A stretch of DNA of 64,000 bases from Negaprion brevirostris. Taxonomy: Eukaryota. Of the stretch, positions 44,906 to 57,308 are shown piece by piece. The stretch's first letter is position 1; every line of letters starts with the position of its first letter. Location: positions 52,470,340 through 52,534,339 of the forward strand of contig JARDVH010000110.1 of the NCBI GenBank assembly GCA_030324005.1, given 5' to 3'. The translations under genes and the position numbers were made by a program. The notes under the pieces are model-generated. The model did not search any database, was not told the DNA's origin, and saw only the letters and a list, made by a program, of their open reading frames with translations.

Positions 44906-45689
44906 CAGATCATTTCAGAGAGACCCCGCAATGTTGAACCGAGTGATTTGACACAGAGTCCACCGCGACCAGTTACAACACTCAGCAATCTCGGTGCGAC
45001 CTGGGTGATGCCACCAAGAAGGAAAGCGAGAAATGAATCTGTTTGTGACAGAGGGGCTACGGGAGCGTGGCAAAGCAAGAGCGGACTTGGGGATAAAAAA
45101 ACTCTGACATCTTGTTGGGAAATTAAAACTTCGTCAGGCACCTGGAGACAAGCTGGTCGGCCATCACTTGGAGAGTGGGAGGAGGAGAGAGAGAAGGGGA
45201 AAAAATGATGCAGACTTGGAGTGAATGAAAATACAAGGGCCCCTGTCAAAATTGTTCAAGCAAATATTCTTGCAGGAGAATGCAGTCCAATACTTGCTTG
45301 ATTAATAATGAATGAAGCGTGCTAAGAAATATTTAGTGTCAACACTGATACAAATGGGAATGGAACGAGTAGATTACTCAACAGATGGTGCTCATTTCTG
45401 CCATTATGTGGCTTTGGGTGCGTGTCCCACTGCAGTCTCTTACACGTCATACTGAGGTCTGGTTACACAGCGGCGAAAACCAAAAGCAATGCCTGCACTG
45501 GAACCAAAACCTCCAAGCCCTGACTCTTCCCAACCTGTTAGTGTGGAGGGAACACTCTCAGCAGGACACAGGCACACTGAAACCACTCTTCAGCCCACTC
45601 ACGGCCAAATCCCACTGCGCTCTGCGACACAGGGCCAGAGAGAGAGAGTCAGAGCACAGCTCAGAAACACACCCCCAAGTGTTTGACAT

Positions 45690-46153
45690 AGAGTCATTGA
45701 GGTTTACAGCATGGAAACAGACCCTTCGGCCCAATTTGTCCATGCCACCCTTTTTTTTAAACCCTGAAGCTCGTCCCAATTGTCCGCATTTGGCCCATAT
45801 CCCTCTATACCCATCGTACCCATGCAAATGCTTTTTAAAAAACAAAATTGTACCCGCCTCTGCTACTACCTCTGGCAGCTTGTTCCAGACACTCACTGCT
45901 GAGTTTTTCTGTGTGAAAAAATTGCCCCTCTGAATCCTTTTGTATCTCTCCCCTCTCACCTTAAACCTCTGCCCTCTGGTTTTAGACTCCCCTACCTTTG
46001 GGAAAAGATATTGACTACCTAGCTGATCTGTGTCCCTCATTATTTTATAGACCTCTATAAGATCACCCCAAGCCTATGCTCCAGAAAAAAAAGTCCCAGT
46101 CTATCCAGCCTCTCCTTATAACTCAAACCAACAAGTCCGGGTAGCATCCTAGC
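45690..46153 (-). mobile_element. CR1 LINE 3' end, same subfamily as 1-340
   Basis: ORF 45558..46040: QYLFPKVGESKTRGQRFKVRGERYK...WNKLPE; same tail. Confidence 0.9.
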
Positions 46154-47559
46154 CCTGATAAGTTTGTTTATTGCCAACATAATGAAACACATGGATACAT
46201 TACTTATCAATCCAATGACTGACCTTTTTATCACTACCTACAAGGGGTATCATTATGTTACCATTAATTCTTGCCAGTTCCCACTAAGTCCCCTACCATA
46301 ACTCTTTCATTAGCGAAGACATTAATATCTTTCTGACTCTGTTTTGATCAGAAGCTGTGAAGACAGCTTCATTAAAACTCCCTCTTGTATCAGTTGTTTC
46401 TGATAAGGTGTCTGATGAAGCAATTAAGTCTCCTTTGTGGCCTTGTGATTTCAACAGTTGGGTGCTTTAAAGGAATGTATCTAACATGTTTGGTATCAAA
46501 GGGGCACTCTGTAACTGTGCATCAAAGTTTCTTTGTTTAACTTCTGAAAATATATGAAGATATATTTATATGTATGGACTACTGAAAGGTATTACATGTA
46601 CCTTTAAAACTATAAAATATTTAAAACACCTAATTACAATTACTAACAAACTTGCTCCCCATTAACAAGTAAATTCTACATCAAAGTTGATTAAACAAAA
46701 GCCCGAGCAGAGTCTGGAAATTTTATAGTAGCCCTTTTCTTTTCAATCTTTCAACACTGGCCTTAATTGGCCTTTCATGGGAGAAAGAGGGCAGAGCAGA
46801 TGCAATAATTTTAAAAGAGTATTCATTTCCAACCATGACAGCATCCACTAAGACCAAAGAATGCCTATTGAAATCTAAAGGGCCAACAGTGCATGCAAAA
46901 TCTGTGGTTGTCCATAGAAATGGTTACCGACGTGTGCCACCTTCTCATCAATGAGCTGCAGGAACAATCTTAAATTAGCACTGCCCTTTTCCTAAAAGTC
47001 AAGGGAATGATAGCTTTCAATTTCCATATCACTGGTACTTCATAGGCCCCATTAGAGGATAGCACAAGTGAGCTGCTTTCTGCTCCACTGAGCCATTAAC
47101 CAGGTGACTGATGTACTATTCAACTGTTCCTAACAACACTTCAACTTTGGCACAGAGCAACTTCATCACTTTCAAAGGCAGCAGGATTTCCCCACGAGCA
47201 TGTTTCTCTAGGATTCATAGAATAATCATCAATGCTATCAGAATATTGTTCAGCAATTTCAAAGCAAAAGGCTTTCAATCCTATAATGTGCTGGTGGGAT
47301 GCGTTCCTAAATTTGAGATATTTATATTAGTATCTGCTTTCATTGTTCTCATGATTCATACGATCTGTATCAACTCAAGTTTATTAAGTTTTTTTCTAAA
47401 AGAGCAGAGATGGCACGGTAGCACAGTTGTTAGCACTGCTGCTTCATGGTGCTACGGACCTGGGTTTGATTCACAGCTTGGATCAATGTTTGTATGGACT
47501 TTACACGTTCTCTGCATGTCTGCAGCAGGAGCAAAAGACATCTGCATGCTGGCTTTATT

Positions 47560-48085
47560 TAAATGTTATGAACAATTACAGAAAATAATCATAAAGGCTA
47601 TTGAAATGCTAGTTTGTATATATAGAGATCAAGAATACAAAAGAAAAGTCAGACACTGAACTTATACAAAGTCCTGCATAGATCACACCTGGAGTACTGT
47701 CGGTAGTTTTGGACACCGCACCTTAGAAAGGACATGTTGGCCTTGGAGACAGTGCAATGTTGATTACCAAGATGATATCTGGACCCCATGTGTTAAATTA
47801 GGAAGTGAGTTTACACAAGACTAAAGGGCATAATTGAAAACATAGAATCAAATTTTGGAATGAAATTACGAAACATTTTATGCAAAGGATGGTAGACATC
47901 TGGAACTCTCTTCTTCAAATGATAATAGTTCATTTTTAAATTCAAAATTGCTAGATTTATGTTAGCCAAAGAAATTAAGATATATGGGGCAAAGGTATGT
48001 GGAGTCATAGTATGTTGCAACTCATCATCTCATTGAATGGTGTAATAAGCTTGAGGAAACTAGATAGTCTACTCTTGTTCTAACA
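47560..48085 (+). mobile_element. CR1 LINE 3' fragment (decayed), preceded by a V-SINE head at 47410-47525
   Basis: LYKVLHRSHLEYC..FWTPHLRKDMLALETVQ. Confidence 0.75.
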
Positions 48086-48934
48086 TTCCGTTTTTCAAGG
48101 ATTGATAGGCCAGCCGGTCTTTTCTTGCCTGTCATCTTTGTACATGGATTGTACCACTGTCAGATCACAAAAGGACTTGGCAATGGGGATGAAGTCAAAG
48201 AAATGTTCATGTTTCTGATGTTCCAGCTAAGCTTAGCATGGAGTTGTGAATATCAATTCAATCCAGGAGACACGTTGAACACAATCCAGTTATTCCCGTG
48301 ATATATATGTCATTAAGCCCATCTCAGTTCAGCCATCCAAACTGATCATAAATTCCAATTGCCTCACCATTACAGTGTCCATTTCCTTTTGAAAGATTTC
48401 AGGATGTTGCCTTCCAACACTCTTCTTGATCACTCTACTTGCAAAGAAGAAATACTCACTTTCAATCCTAAATTAACTTTTAATCTATCTATGCCAATTT
48501 GTGATTCCTGCAATTTAAAATAAGGTATATTCTGGGTTTATCATTTTCATTCCCTTAGCCAGATTTTGTGCCTATATAAGATTATCGGGTCAATGGCTCT
48601 TTTCTAGGAAGCATAGCCCAAGTTTTGAGTTGAAGTCATTGAAAAACGAATGTTGACTGGGGGAGCGCGTTGGAAGGTAGGTCTGCTGAGGAGCAGTGGA
48701 GGATCTTTAAGGAGATCTTTCTTNNNNNNNNNNNNNNNNNNNNNNNNNNNNNNNNNNNNNNNNNNNNNNNNNNNNNNNNNNNNNNNNNNNNNNNNNNNNN
48801 NNNNNNNNNNNNNNNNNNNNNNNCTTATTGAATGGTGGGGCAGGCTCGAAGGGCTAGATGGCCTACTCCTGCTCCTATTTCTTATGTTCTTATGTTCTAA
48901 AAACGAGAAACACTTATCATTCCTTCAGTTACTA

Positions 48935-49092
48935 ATGATGTGGAGATGCTAGCATTGATCTCCACATCATGTTACCACCAACACTGCAAACTGCTGGCAC
49001 AAAGTGGAGAGGATCTCCAAGAAGATTGCGCATATCGACACAGACACCAAGTTTCCACGAAAATGCAAGAAAGCAGACAAGATACCGACTTC
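48935..49092 (+). mobile_element. Penelope-like element 5' fragment
   Basis: Family terminus atctccacatcatg followed by VERISKKIAHIDTDTKFPRKCKKADKIP, resembling the PLE ORF N-terminal F..RC....IP motif. Confidence 0.6.
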
Positions 49093-50723
49093 TTCAGTCA
49101 CTAAGATATTGGCCTATGTCAATCTGAAGGACAATTTGATTACAAATCTGAAACAGGGAAAACAAAACCTAAGAATGAACCCATTGGGTTCTGTAAGGGA
49201 TGGACACACGCAAGGGCTCTCACCCACTGATGACTGCGCTGACAAAGTGCCAATTGTCAAAAATCAGAAATATTGCCAAATTTTTGAAAATAGTCTAATA
49301 TGGCCGAACAGGAAAGAAAGCCGGGACCTGCACAAAGCTCTTTATTTGTCTTGTTCTTTTCTTTATAGATTTGGAAAAAGATGGTGCAGCGCGAGGGAGC
49401 GAACCAACATCATAACTTTCAATGTCTGTTAGTGATTGCAGAGAAAGTGGCCCATTCTGTCAAGAGCCCAATCATCTTTCATCGCAATCCCAGAAAGATA
49501 AACTTGAGATTGTATGGATAACCATATGAGCAATTGACACAGGATGATTGGCCAGAAAATGAAGATTGGGAGGTTAAACATGATGTAACTGAATAGAGGA
49601 TTAAGAGATATCAGACTTCACTGTGAGGATTCAGACAATTATCTCAACGGCTTTTCCATGTTAAAGGAGGTAAAATATTCAGACTTGAAAGCTGGGCCTA
49701 TAAATACATTTTGGATTCATCTTACTGCTTACCTGATAGTTATTGGGAACTACAATTGAGCCCATGTTAATGATAATTCTCTTACATAAAGGGATGAAGT
49801 TTTTTAATGTTCACTCATCATTTCTCAACCCCCATGACCACCCCTCTCATTTTGATGCCCGAAGCAAATCAAGACACTATGAAGTCCTCATTTTACGACA
49901 ATATTCTGTGCTAGTAAGAAATCTTAACAGCGAGATAACTGGATCATATGACGATCACATAACCATTTGTTACTTAGCAAATTGTTCAGGCTAGTTTTCT
50001 CACTTTTTCATCATTATGCTAGAGGAATATACTGACATTTATCCAAAGTTCGAACATCTAGCTAATAAAATGTATTCATAATGTTGGCATCTTGTGTTTA
50101 GATGGTGTTGAAAAATCATGGAAATTTGTTGCTAAGCTAATTTGCAGATTTGCTTTTAACAGACATCATTACTTGGATTTTGCGGTTTCATGTATGCGTC
50201 GGATATTCAGGAATTCGAGAATTAGCCCATACTTTGAGATTTGTTGATAAACAAAAACTGTGATATGAAAGCAGAAAACTAGAACACAATTTCACACAGT
50301 GATAGGACACAAAGTCCTGATGTTAACTCTCAAGAGTGAAATCTAGTGGCGGGATGTGTGTATGGTGTCAGCATGATGTCCCCACGCTGTCTCAAGCAAG
50401 AGGCTTGCGCAACCTTAACTCCTGGGCCTCATTTTAGTATGATGACTGGACTATCCACCCTATCACATCAACAAACAAGTGGTGCAACCATTTTTTCTGC
50501 ACAATATCTAGCAGGGATTCTGAAGCCTATGTGAAGCAGAAATGAGCCTCTTAAAGAAATGTTGCTTTAGCTACTTTCAAATTTCAATGTCATACTGCTG
50601 CAGGGAAGAGAATCTCTGAAATGAGTTGCATAGCCAGCCCCAGATATCTCCCTGGAGAAGGATATCAGAGTAGTCTTTCTCATCACCTTCAAGTGCAGCC
50701 CCAGGCTGACTATCTGTCATGTC

Positions 50724-50954
50724 TGAACAGGGTATACACAGTAAAAAGTCTGACAACACCAGGTTTAAGTCCGACCGATTTATTTGATAGTAACCTCACT
50801 AGCTTTCGAGGTTTCCCTCTTCTTCAGGTGAAACCTCGAAAGCTAGTGAGTTTACTATCAAATAAATTGGTTGGATTTAAACCTGGTGTTGTCAGACTTT
50901 TTACTGTGTATACCCCAGTCCAACACCGGCATATCCACACCATGAACAGGGTAT
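50724..50954. mobile_element. Penelope-derived fold-back element with 12-bp target-site duplication
   Basis: Inverted arms 50730-50815 / 50830-50915. TGAACAGGGTAT occurs at 50724-50735 and 50943-50954. Confidence 0.85.
50796..50831 (-). ncRNA. Minimal type-I hammerhead ribozyme
   Basis: Minus strand: UCAC-CUGAAGA-A-GAGG-GAAA-CCUC-GAAA-GC-UA-GUGA. The core is complete, with stem I UCAC/GUGA, stem II GAGG/CCUC and a palindromic AGCU in place of stem III. Confidence 0.75.
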
Positions 50955-51330
50955 TACAGAGCATTGTCAGTAGTGTCAACATGTGGTGCTAACTTCTTTA
51001 TTGGAAGAGCTTCAGTGGTCATACAAGGGTGAATATTGCTCTTCATCCCATATTCTAGAGTCAAAGAACAAAGAACAGCACAGCACAGGAAACAGGCCCT
51101 TTGGCCCTACAAGCTCAGTGAGTGCCTTATTCCAGTCTTTCGTCGATCATCAACGTTTTTGTCTACCTCTAGTGGAACTCCACAATAAAGGGGTGCAAAT
51201 TTTGTGAATTATATGTATGCCAGATTAAGGNNNNNNNNNNNNNNNNNNNNNNNNNNNNNNNNNNNNNNNNNNNNNNNNNNNNNNNNNNNNNNNNNNNNNN
51301 NNNNNNNNNNNNNNNNNNNNNNNNNNNNNN

Positions 51331-52300
51331 AGGGAGAGATTACAAAAATGTACCACCCTTCTTCAAAAAGAGATGCAAGGATAAACCCAATAATTCACAC
51401 TCATCAGTTTATCAGATTAACCTTGATGGGAAAGCTTTTAGAAATGATCATCTCGGGACAAAGTAACAGTCGCTGAGACATTTATGAATTAATTAAGGAA
51501 AACCGATTTGTTGAAATCATGTTAAATAAGTGGATTACATTTTTTTGATGAAATTAATGCATTTGATGCATGGACTTCTCAAAGGCAGTTGATAAACGCA
51601 GGCAGCAAATTTGCCAACAAAATTGTAGCTCGTGGAATAAAAGGAAACGTTTCAGCATGGATATGAGGTTAGCTGAGTGGCTGCGAACACAACTGGTGAA
51701 TAGTTGTTTCTCAGACTACAGACAGGTATGGGAAAGGCTCAACAGCAGGATTTTCCAGCACCCTTGATTTTCTTAGTCTGTATTAACGTCTCAGACATGA
51801 GAACGCACAGGACATAATTTCAAAGTTTGTGGATGAGACAAAGTTCGGAAGTATTGTGAAATGTGAGGAGGATATGAAGATGTGAAGGACAAGCAAGTTG
51901 GTGGAATGTGTGGACAAGCAGCATATGAAATTTACTGCAGACAAATGATAAATTTTGGTAGGGAAAACCAAGGACAGATAATGTAAAGAAAAAAGGATAC
52001 AGTTCTAAAGCTATGCAGGAATACAGGCTTGTGGCTGTACATGTACAAATTATTGAATGCAGTGAGACATATTGAGAAAATGGTTAAAGCATTTGTGATC
52101 CGAGTTTTAAAAATGAAAGCATAATTTATAGGAAGTGTTGGTGAACCTTTTATGGAACACTAGTTTGTCCTCAGTTGTCCTAATTGTGTAAATTCTAGGT
52201 ACCATAGCATGTGAAGACTTTAGAGAATGGCTGCATGGATGAGGAACTTCAGTTCTGTAAATAGATGAGAAAGGCTGGAGTTCTCAGTGGAGAAGATTTG
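51331..52300 (+). mobile_element. Decayed CR1 RT fragment
   Basis: MDFSKAVDK, ISKFVDETK and downstream CR1-like motifs with many stops. Confidence 0.75.
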
Positions 52301-52311
52301 TAGAATGATTA

Positions 52312-52700
52312 AAGAACAGCACAGCACAGGAAACAGGCCCTTTCGGCCCCCCAAGCCGTCACCGCCCATTTTAACACTGTGAGTTCCTTATTCAAGTCTT
52401 TTGCTGATAGTTGACGTTTTTGTCTACCTCTAGTGGAACTCCACAATAAAGGGGGTGCAAATTTAGGGAATTATATGTACGCCAGGTTAAGGGAGATCCA
52501 ATTCAGGGACAATTTATGACACCAATCAGCCTAAAAAGTGCGTTTTTGGGATGTGGGAGGAAACCGGAGCACCCGGAGAAAACCCACGCGAGCACGGGGA
52601 GAATGTACAAACTCCCACAGACATTGATCCAAGCTGGAGATCCGACCCAGGTCCTTGTAACTGGACAGTGATAGTCACTGAGCTGATGTGTTGCCCGTCA
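52312..52700 (-). mobile_element. V-SINE subfamily with a distinct body (second copy at 51065-51230, running into the gap)
   Basis: V-domain gtgggaggaaaccggagcacccggagaaaacccacgc. The ~170 bp 3' part is duplicated at 51065-51230. Confidence 0.75.
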
Positions 52701-53219
52701 ATTGGTCCAGATTAAGTGTACACTAACGGACGTGAAGCACTAGGCAACTCTCGAAGCAACATCCAAGAGCAACCCTCGCATGACCCTCCGCGTGTATGCC
52801 CCTTGTTGGCCAACAAGGTGGACCGAATCACCTGTGGATGTAAAAGGAGACATCAATAAACATAAATAGACATACATAGTCATGACTACCAGACTGAATA
52901 CCACCATATGCTCACCTCTGATGAATCTATTCCGCCAGTAGGATAGGATGTGTCTAGAGATATCCATTTTCAAGAACTTGGAACTGTAACAATTACAATC
53001 ATGATGTTGAGATTTAGAATCTTTATGCTTATGCGTGTCACTCCTACTCTTCCAGCTCCATATTAAAAAAAACATACTTCCTTCCTGCTCTCTCAGACAC
53101 AGAGGTATACAGAAAATCTGAGTAGAACAAGCCAAAGCTATTCCTACAATTTTAACTTGTGTTTTATACCATACTTGGCATAACAAAACACTTTAGGCAC
53201 TTAACAAGAACAAATTAAA

Positions 53220-53620
53220 ATGCTGACAGAAAAGCCACAGAATGTAATATAGGACAGGTGGTCAAAAGCTTTGTCAAAGAGGTGGGTTGTAAAGACTATC
53301 TTAAAGAAGGAGGCAGAGGCAGAGAGGTTTCTAGTGGGAACTCCAGAAATTAGGACCATCTCAAGCTGTAGGCAACCAGTCATGGGAAAGCTTAAGATGG
53401 GGGACAAATATGATGCCAGGAATGGAAGAGCAGAGTGATCTCAAAAGCTAATAGGGCTGCAGGAGGTCACAGAGTTAGGAAGGTGGAGCCAGGAAGGAAT
53501 TGAATATGAGGATGACGATTCTAAAATTGACCTGCTATCAGATTGGAAACTGGTGTACGTCTGCAAGCACTGTGATGTGGGTTGAACAGGATTTGGTGTG
53601 AGTTCAGATATGGGTAACAA
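53220..53620 (-). mobile_element. L2-like LINE 3' fragment
   Basis: Minus strand reads ...SASFFKIVFTTHLFDKAF, resembling the L2 terminus FK..LKTHLF..AF. Similar decayed plus-strand pieces at ~1960-2300 and ~61480-61850. Confidence 0.55.
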
Positions 53621-54109
53621 GAGTTGCTCATAAGCAAGGAACTAGTGCTTACTTAAACCAGCTGCCTGTAAAGACTAAAGAATTTCCCTGAAAGATTTAG
53701 CAGGTTATTCTATTGCTAAATGTACACCAGTTTCTAAGCCAAAAGGACTCAATACTCTGGCAATTGTACCAAATTAAGTTTGGCTGTGACTTCTATGAAT
53801 AAGTTGATTCTTAATTAAAGAATCCAGCATCATGCTACTCTTAGACAAACACACTTTTTTTGTACTTGTTCTGTACAATGATCTGCAACAGACATTTACT
53901 AGCAGGAATAAGTTTAGGACAAAGGACAAAAATGAGCAACTCTTCTATTAACACTATGGTACAGCATTATTGCAAATTAACATATATAATTAGTGCATAT
54001 GCTCGTTTTTGTCCATAAAGCACTTAACCCCTTGCTGCTTCTTCATAGTGACAAATGCAAAGCTACGACTTTGGAACTCAAACTTGCATTTTGTCACTTC
54101 ATTAATGGC

Positions 54110-55199
54110 TCTCTGGTGGGGTGGGGGCAGGGGCGATGGAGGTGGGTCAGGTAGCTGTCTGGTGGGGAGGGGGGGATAGGGTGGGGAGAGGGCAGGGACA
54201 GGGGGGTCCGCTACCACTCTGTGTGATCGGTGGGGGGAAGGACAGTCCACTGCCGCTNNNNNNNNNNNNNNNNNNNNNNNNNNNNNNNNNNNNNNNNNNN
54301 NNNNNNNNNNNNNNNNNNNNNNNNNNNNNNNNNNNNNNNNNNNNNNNNNNNNNNNNNNNNNNNNNNNNNNNNNNNNNNNNNNNNNNNNNNNNNNNNNNNN
54401 NNNNNNNNNNNNNNNNNNNNNNNNNNNNNNNNNNNNNNNNNNNNNNNNNNNNNNNNNNNNNNNNNNNNNNNNNNNNNNNNNNNNNNNNNNNNNNNNNNNN
54501 NNNNNNNNNNNNNNNNNNNNNNNNNNNNNNNNNNNNNNNNNNNNNNNNNNNNNNNNNNNNNNNNNNNNNNNNNNNNNNNNNNNNNNNNNNNNNNNNNNNN
54601 NNNNNNNNNNNNNNNNNNNNNNNNNNNNNNNNNNNNNNNNNNNNNNNNNNNNNNNNNNNNNNNNNNNNNNNNNNNNNNNNNNNNNNNNNNNNNNNNNNNN
54701 NNNNNNNNNNNNNNNNNNNNNNNNNNNNNNNNNNNNNNNNNNNNNNNNNNNNNNNNNNNNNNNNNNNAGTAGGAGGGGGAAAGGTGGGGTCCACTGCCAG
54801 TCTGCATGTGATCAGTGGGGGGAAGGGGGCAGGGGACCATGATTGGTCTGGGTAGCAGGTGAGTTGGGGAATAGGGGAGTCAGTTATGTTGTGCAGATGG
54901 GACAATGTCTGTGGGGCCAGGGAAAGGCATTATCTAGCCCAGGAGTGATGTGGCAGCGGGGCATTTTTTCTATTTTTTTTACTGCGCATGCGCAGTTGAA
55001 GGCTCCAATCAGAGCTGCAGTGTTTTGGGCACGATAAGCCCCACTCATAGGCTTCTGCAGCACGATTCAGAATCACTGCTATTTTTTTCAGGCAGAACGC
55101 ATATGGGGGCGCCTGAGAACGGGTCTAAAAGGCAGATCTGAAACACTCCCAGTTTCAAGTCCGCCCAGCACTTAGAATCAAAATGGTAAAATAGGGGCC
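54110..55199 (-). mobile_element. Non-autonomous DNA transposon with internal G-rich repeats (same family as 8366-9082)
   Basis: Right end cccagtttcaagtccgcccagcactt...gtaaaataggggcc. The ccactct/gtgatcggtggggggaagg unit recurs on both sides of the gap. Confidence 0.6.
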
Positions 55200-55499
55200 A
55201 TTGTGTAAGGAAATCCCTCCAAATCCCCAGTGAACATTTTTAATAATGCTGAAATTTATAAAGTGCACTGTCACACATACTCAGAGTGGGAATATAGTCT
55301 TCACAACAGAAAGAGGTTCTTAATCAGTTTAGACTAGAAAGGATCATTTTAAGTATCATTGCCTGCAAGTAGATTGTTGATATCCATTGCAGCAAATGAT
55401 CTGCGGTCTGGCAGCCTTTGCCACTGTGGGACTATTGCATGAACAAATGAGAAAACACAAATCTGTTTAAATGTTTTGACAGCTGTAGAGTAAGATTTA

Positions 55500-56868
55500 A
55501 CAAAAGTTTTTTTTGATATGTTTATGAAAATGTTCTTATATTTTACATAGCAAGCAAACACAGATACAGATCCACGTAGTGCTTGCGTGTACATTCCAAC
55601 ATGACTGGGCACGGGGTTCCCCGTGGCCAGAGGACAAGCCCCTGATACCCTGGCACCCGTCCTGCCTAAGTCCCGTCTAACTGCACCGGTAATGACAGTA
55701 ATAATATAAAAACGAAAAGGCAGAGGAACACCACTGGAGAACCAACTGAGCACCCAAACAGCCCAGGCTACAAACTAGCGAGCGGAGAAAAGAAAGAGAG
55801 AAAGCAAAGGAGAGAGGAGAAAAAGAGTGAAAGGGAAAAGAGAAAAGTTCTTGTGTTGGTCCCCACACCTCCACAGAGCTGGTGAGTGTACTCAAGTAAA
55901 AGCCCAGGGCATGTCCAGCAATTGGTGGGGGTTGGTTCTGTGGGAGCACCCAGGGTCCTAGGGCCATCGGGTATCTACTCACCCGGCTCCATCTGCAGCG
56001 TCCCAACATGCACTATAAATGGTTGCCAGGTCTTATAGAACCTAGCAGTGCACCCATGTAGCATGCACCTCATCTTTTCCAGCTTAATGGTATGTACCAC
56101 CTCCTTCACCCACTGTGAATGCACCGGGGGATGAACCTGATTTCTACCTAAACAGGGATTTGTCGTCTTGCCAGGAGTGCAGTGAAAGCTACAAAATCCA
56201 CTTGGAATTTCAGCAGCGGCCAATTTAAAGGCATGGCACTACAGAGCAGCCTGTCCTGATCCAGAGTCTCAAGTATAGTTATACAGTGATGGGCAAGACC
56301 AGAACATATGTAAGAGGGTATTGGGAACTTGCCGATACTGTTCATAAATGGGGCTTATGTCTGGGTACGTCCTTGGAGTCTGACCCTAGTTAGATATGCT
56401 CTGTGGAGAAGTTTACATTATATCACACCCAGCTTGGCACATATTGAGGAGGAATGTACTTGATGCAGTACCATGTCCCAAACCTCCTCCGAGAACTCCT
56501 CCCACAGATCTCGTTCCCATAAAGATTTAACCACTGATGGAGAGTTTTGTTGGGACAGAATCTGAGAATAAAAAACATAAATTATACCACGCATAGTAAT
56601 AGGAGGCACTAAGAAGACGCCAATGGAGGCAAGAGGTGGGAGCGTTGGAAATTGGGGATTGGCCTACACACAAAGTCTTGAATTTGCAAATATCTGAAAA
56701 AGTGCATTGCAGGTAAAGCAAACTTATCCACCACCTACTGGAATGACGCAAACACGTTGCCCACGTACAAGTCCCGGAATGTTCTGATCACATTTTTGAC
56801 CCATATGTTGAGGGCACCATCCAACACAGACTGAAGAAGAAAATGGTTAGCCGATACAGGGGAGGCCA
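55500..56868 (-). mobile_element. L1-clade LINE 3' fragment (ORF2 C-terminus and 3'UTR)
   Basis: ASPVSANHF...W..NVIRTFRDLYVGNVFASFQ, KSLWERDL..EEVWDMVLHQVHSSSICAK and the zinc-knuckle HMFWSCP (56291-56310). Confidence 0.8.
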
Positions 56869-57308
56869 NNNNNNNNNNNNNNNNNNNNNNNNNNNNNNNN
56901 NNNNNNNNNNNNNNNNNNNNNNNNNNNNNNNNNNNNNNNNNNNNNNNNNNNNNNNNNNNNNNNNNNNNGGGGGGGGTTGGGTTGGGGGGTGGTGGTGGTT
57001 CTTGTGATGCAGTGCCCCTATCTCTGACTTCAAGTCCCATCACAGAACTTTATGACCACAGGAGGTACATTTGTGGTATGGTTAAGCAGGATAATTGCCA
57101 TCCTGTAAATATTTCTGCTGTGACCATGGAGAGTTGGAGAGTTTCCTGCTCATCTACAACCATGTGATTGCTGCAGCATAACAGCCTCCTCATGTTAATG
57201 GTGAAGTGTGAACTGTCCTCCTCTCTCTGAGGGACTGCTACAGAGAGAGAGAGAGCAAGAGAGAGTGAAAGAAGGTGGGAAGAGGCTTGTTTGGAACATA
57301 AAGGATGG

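Noticed and set aside
54038-54086. Hairpin gtgacaaatgcaa...ttgcattttgtcac as a pre-miRNA
   Set aside because: The stem is only ~14 bp, I recognise no mature miRNA, and it lies next to a DNA-transposon relic.
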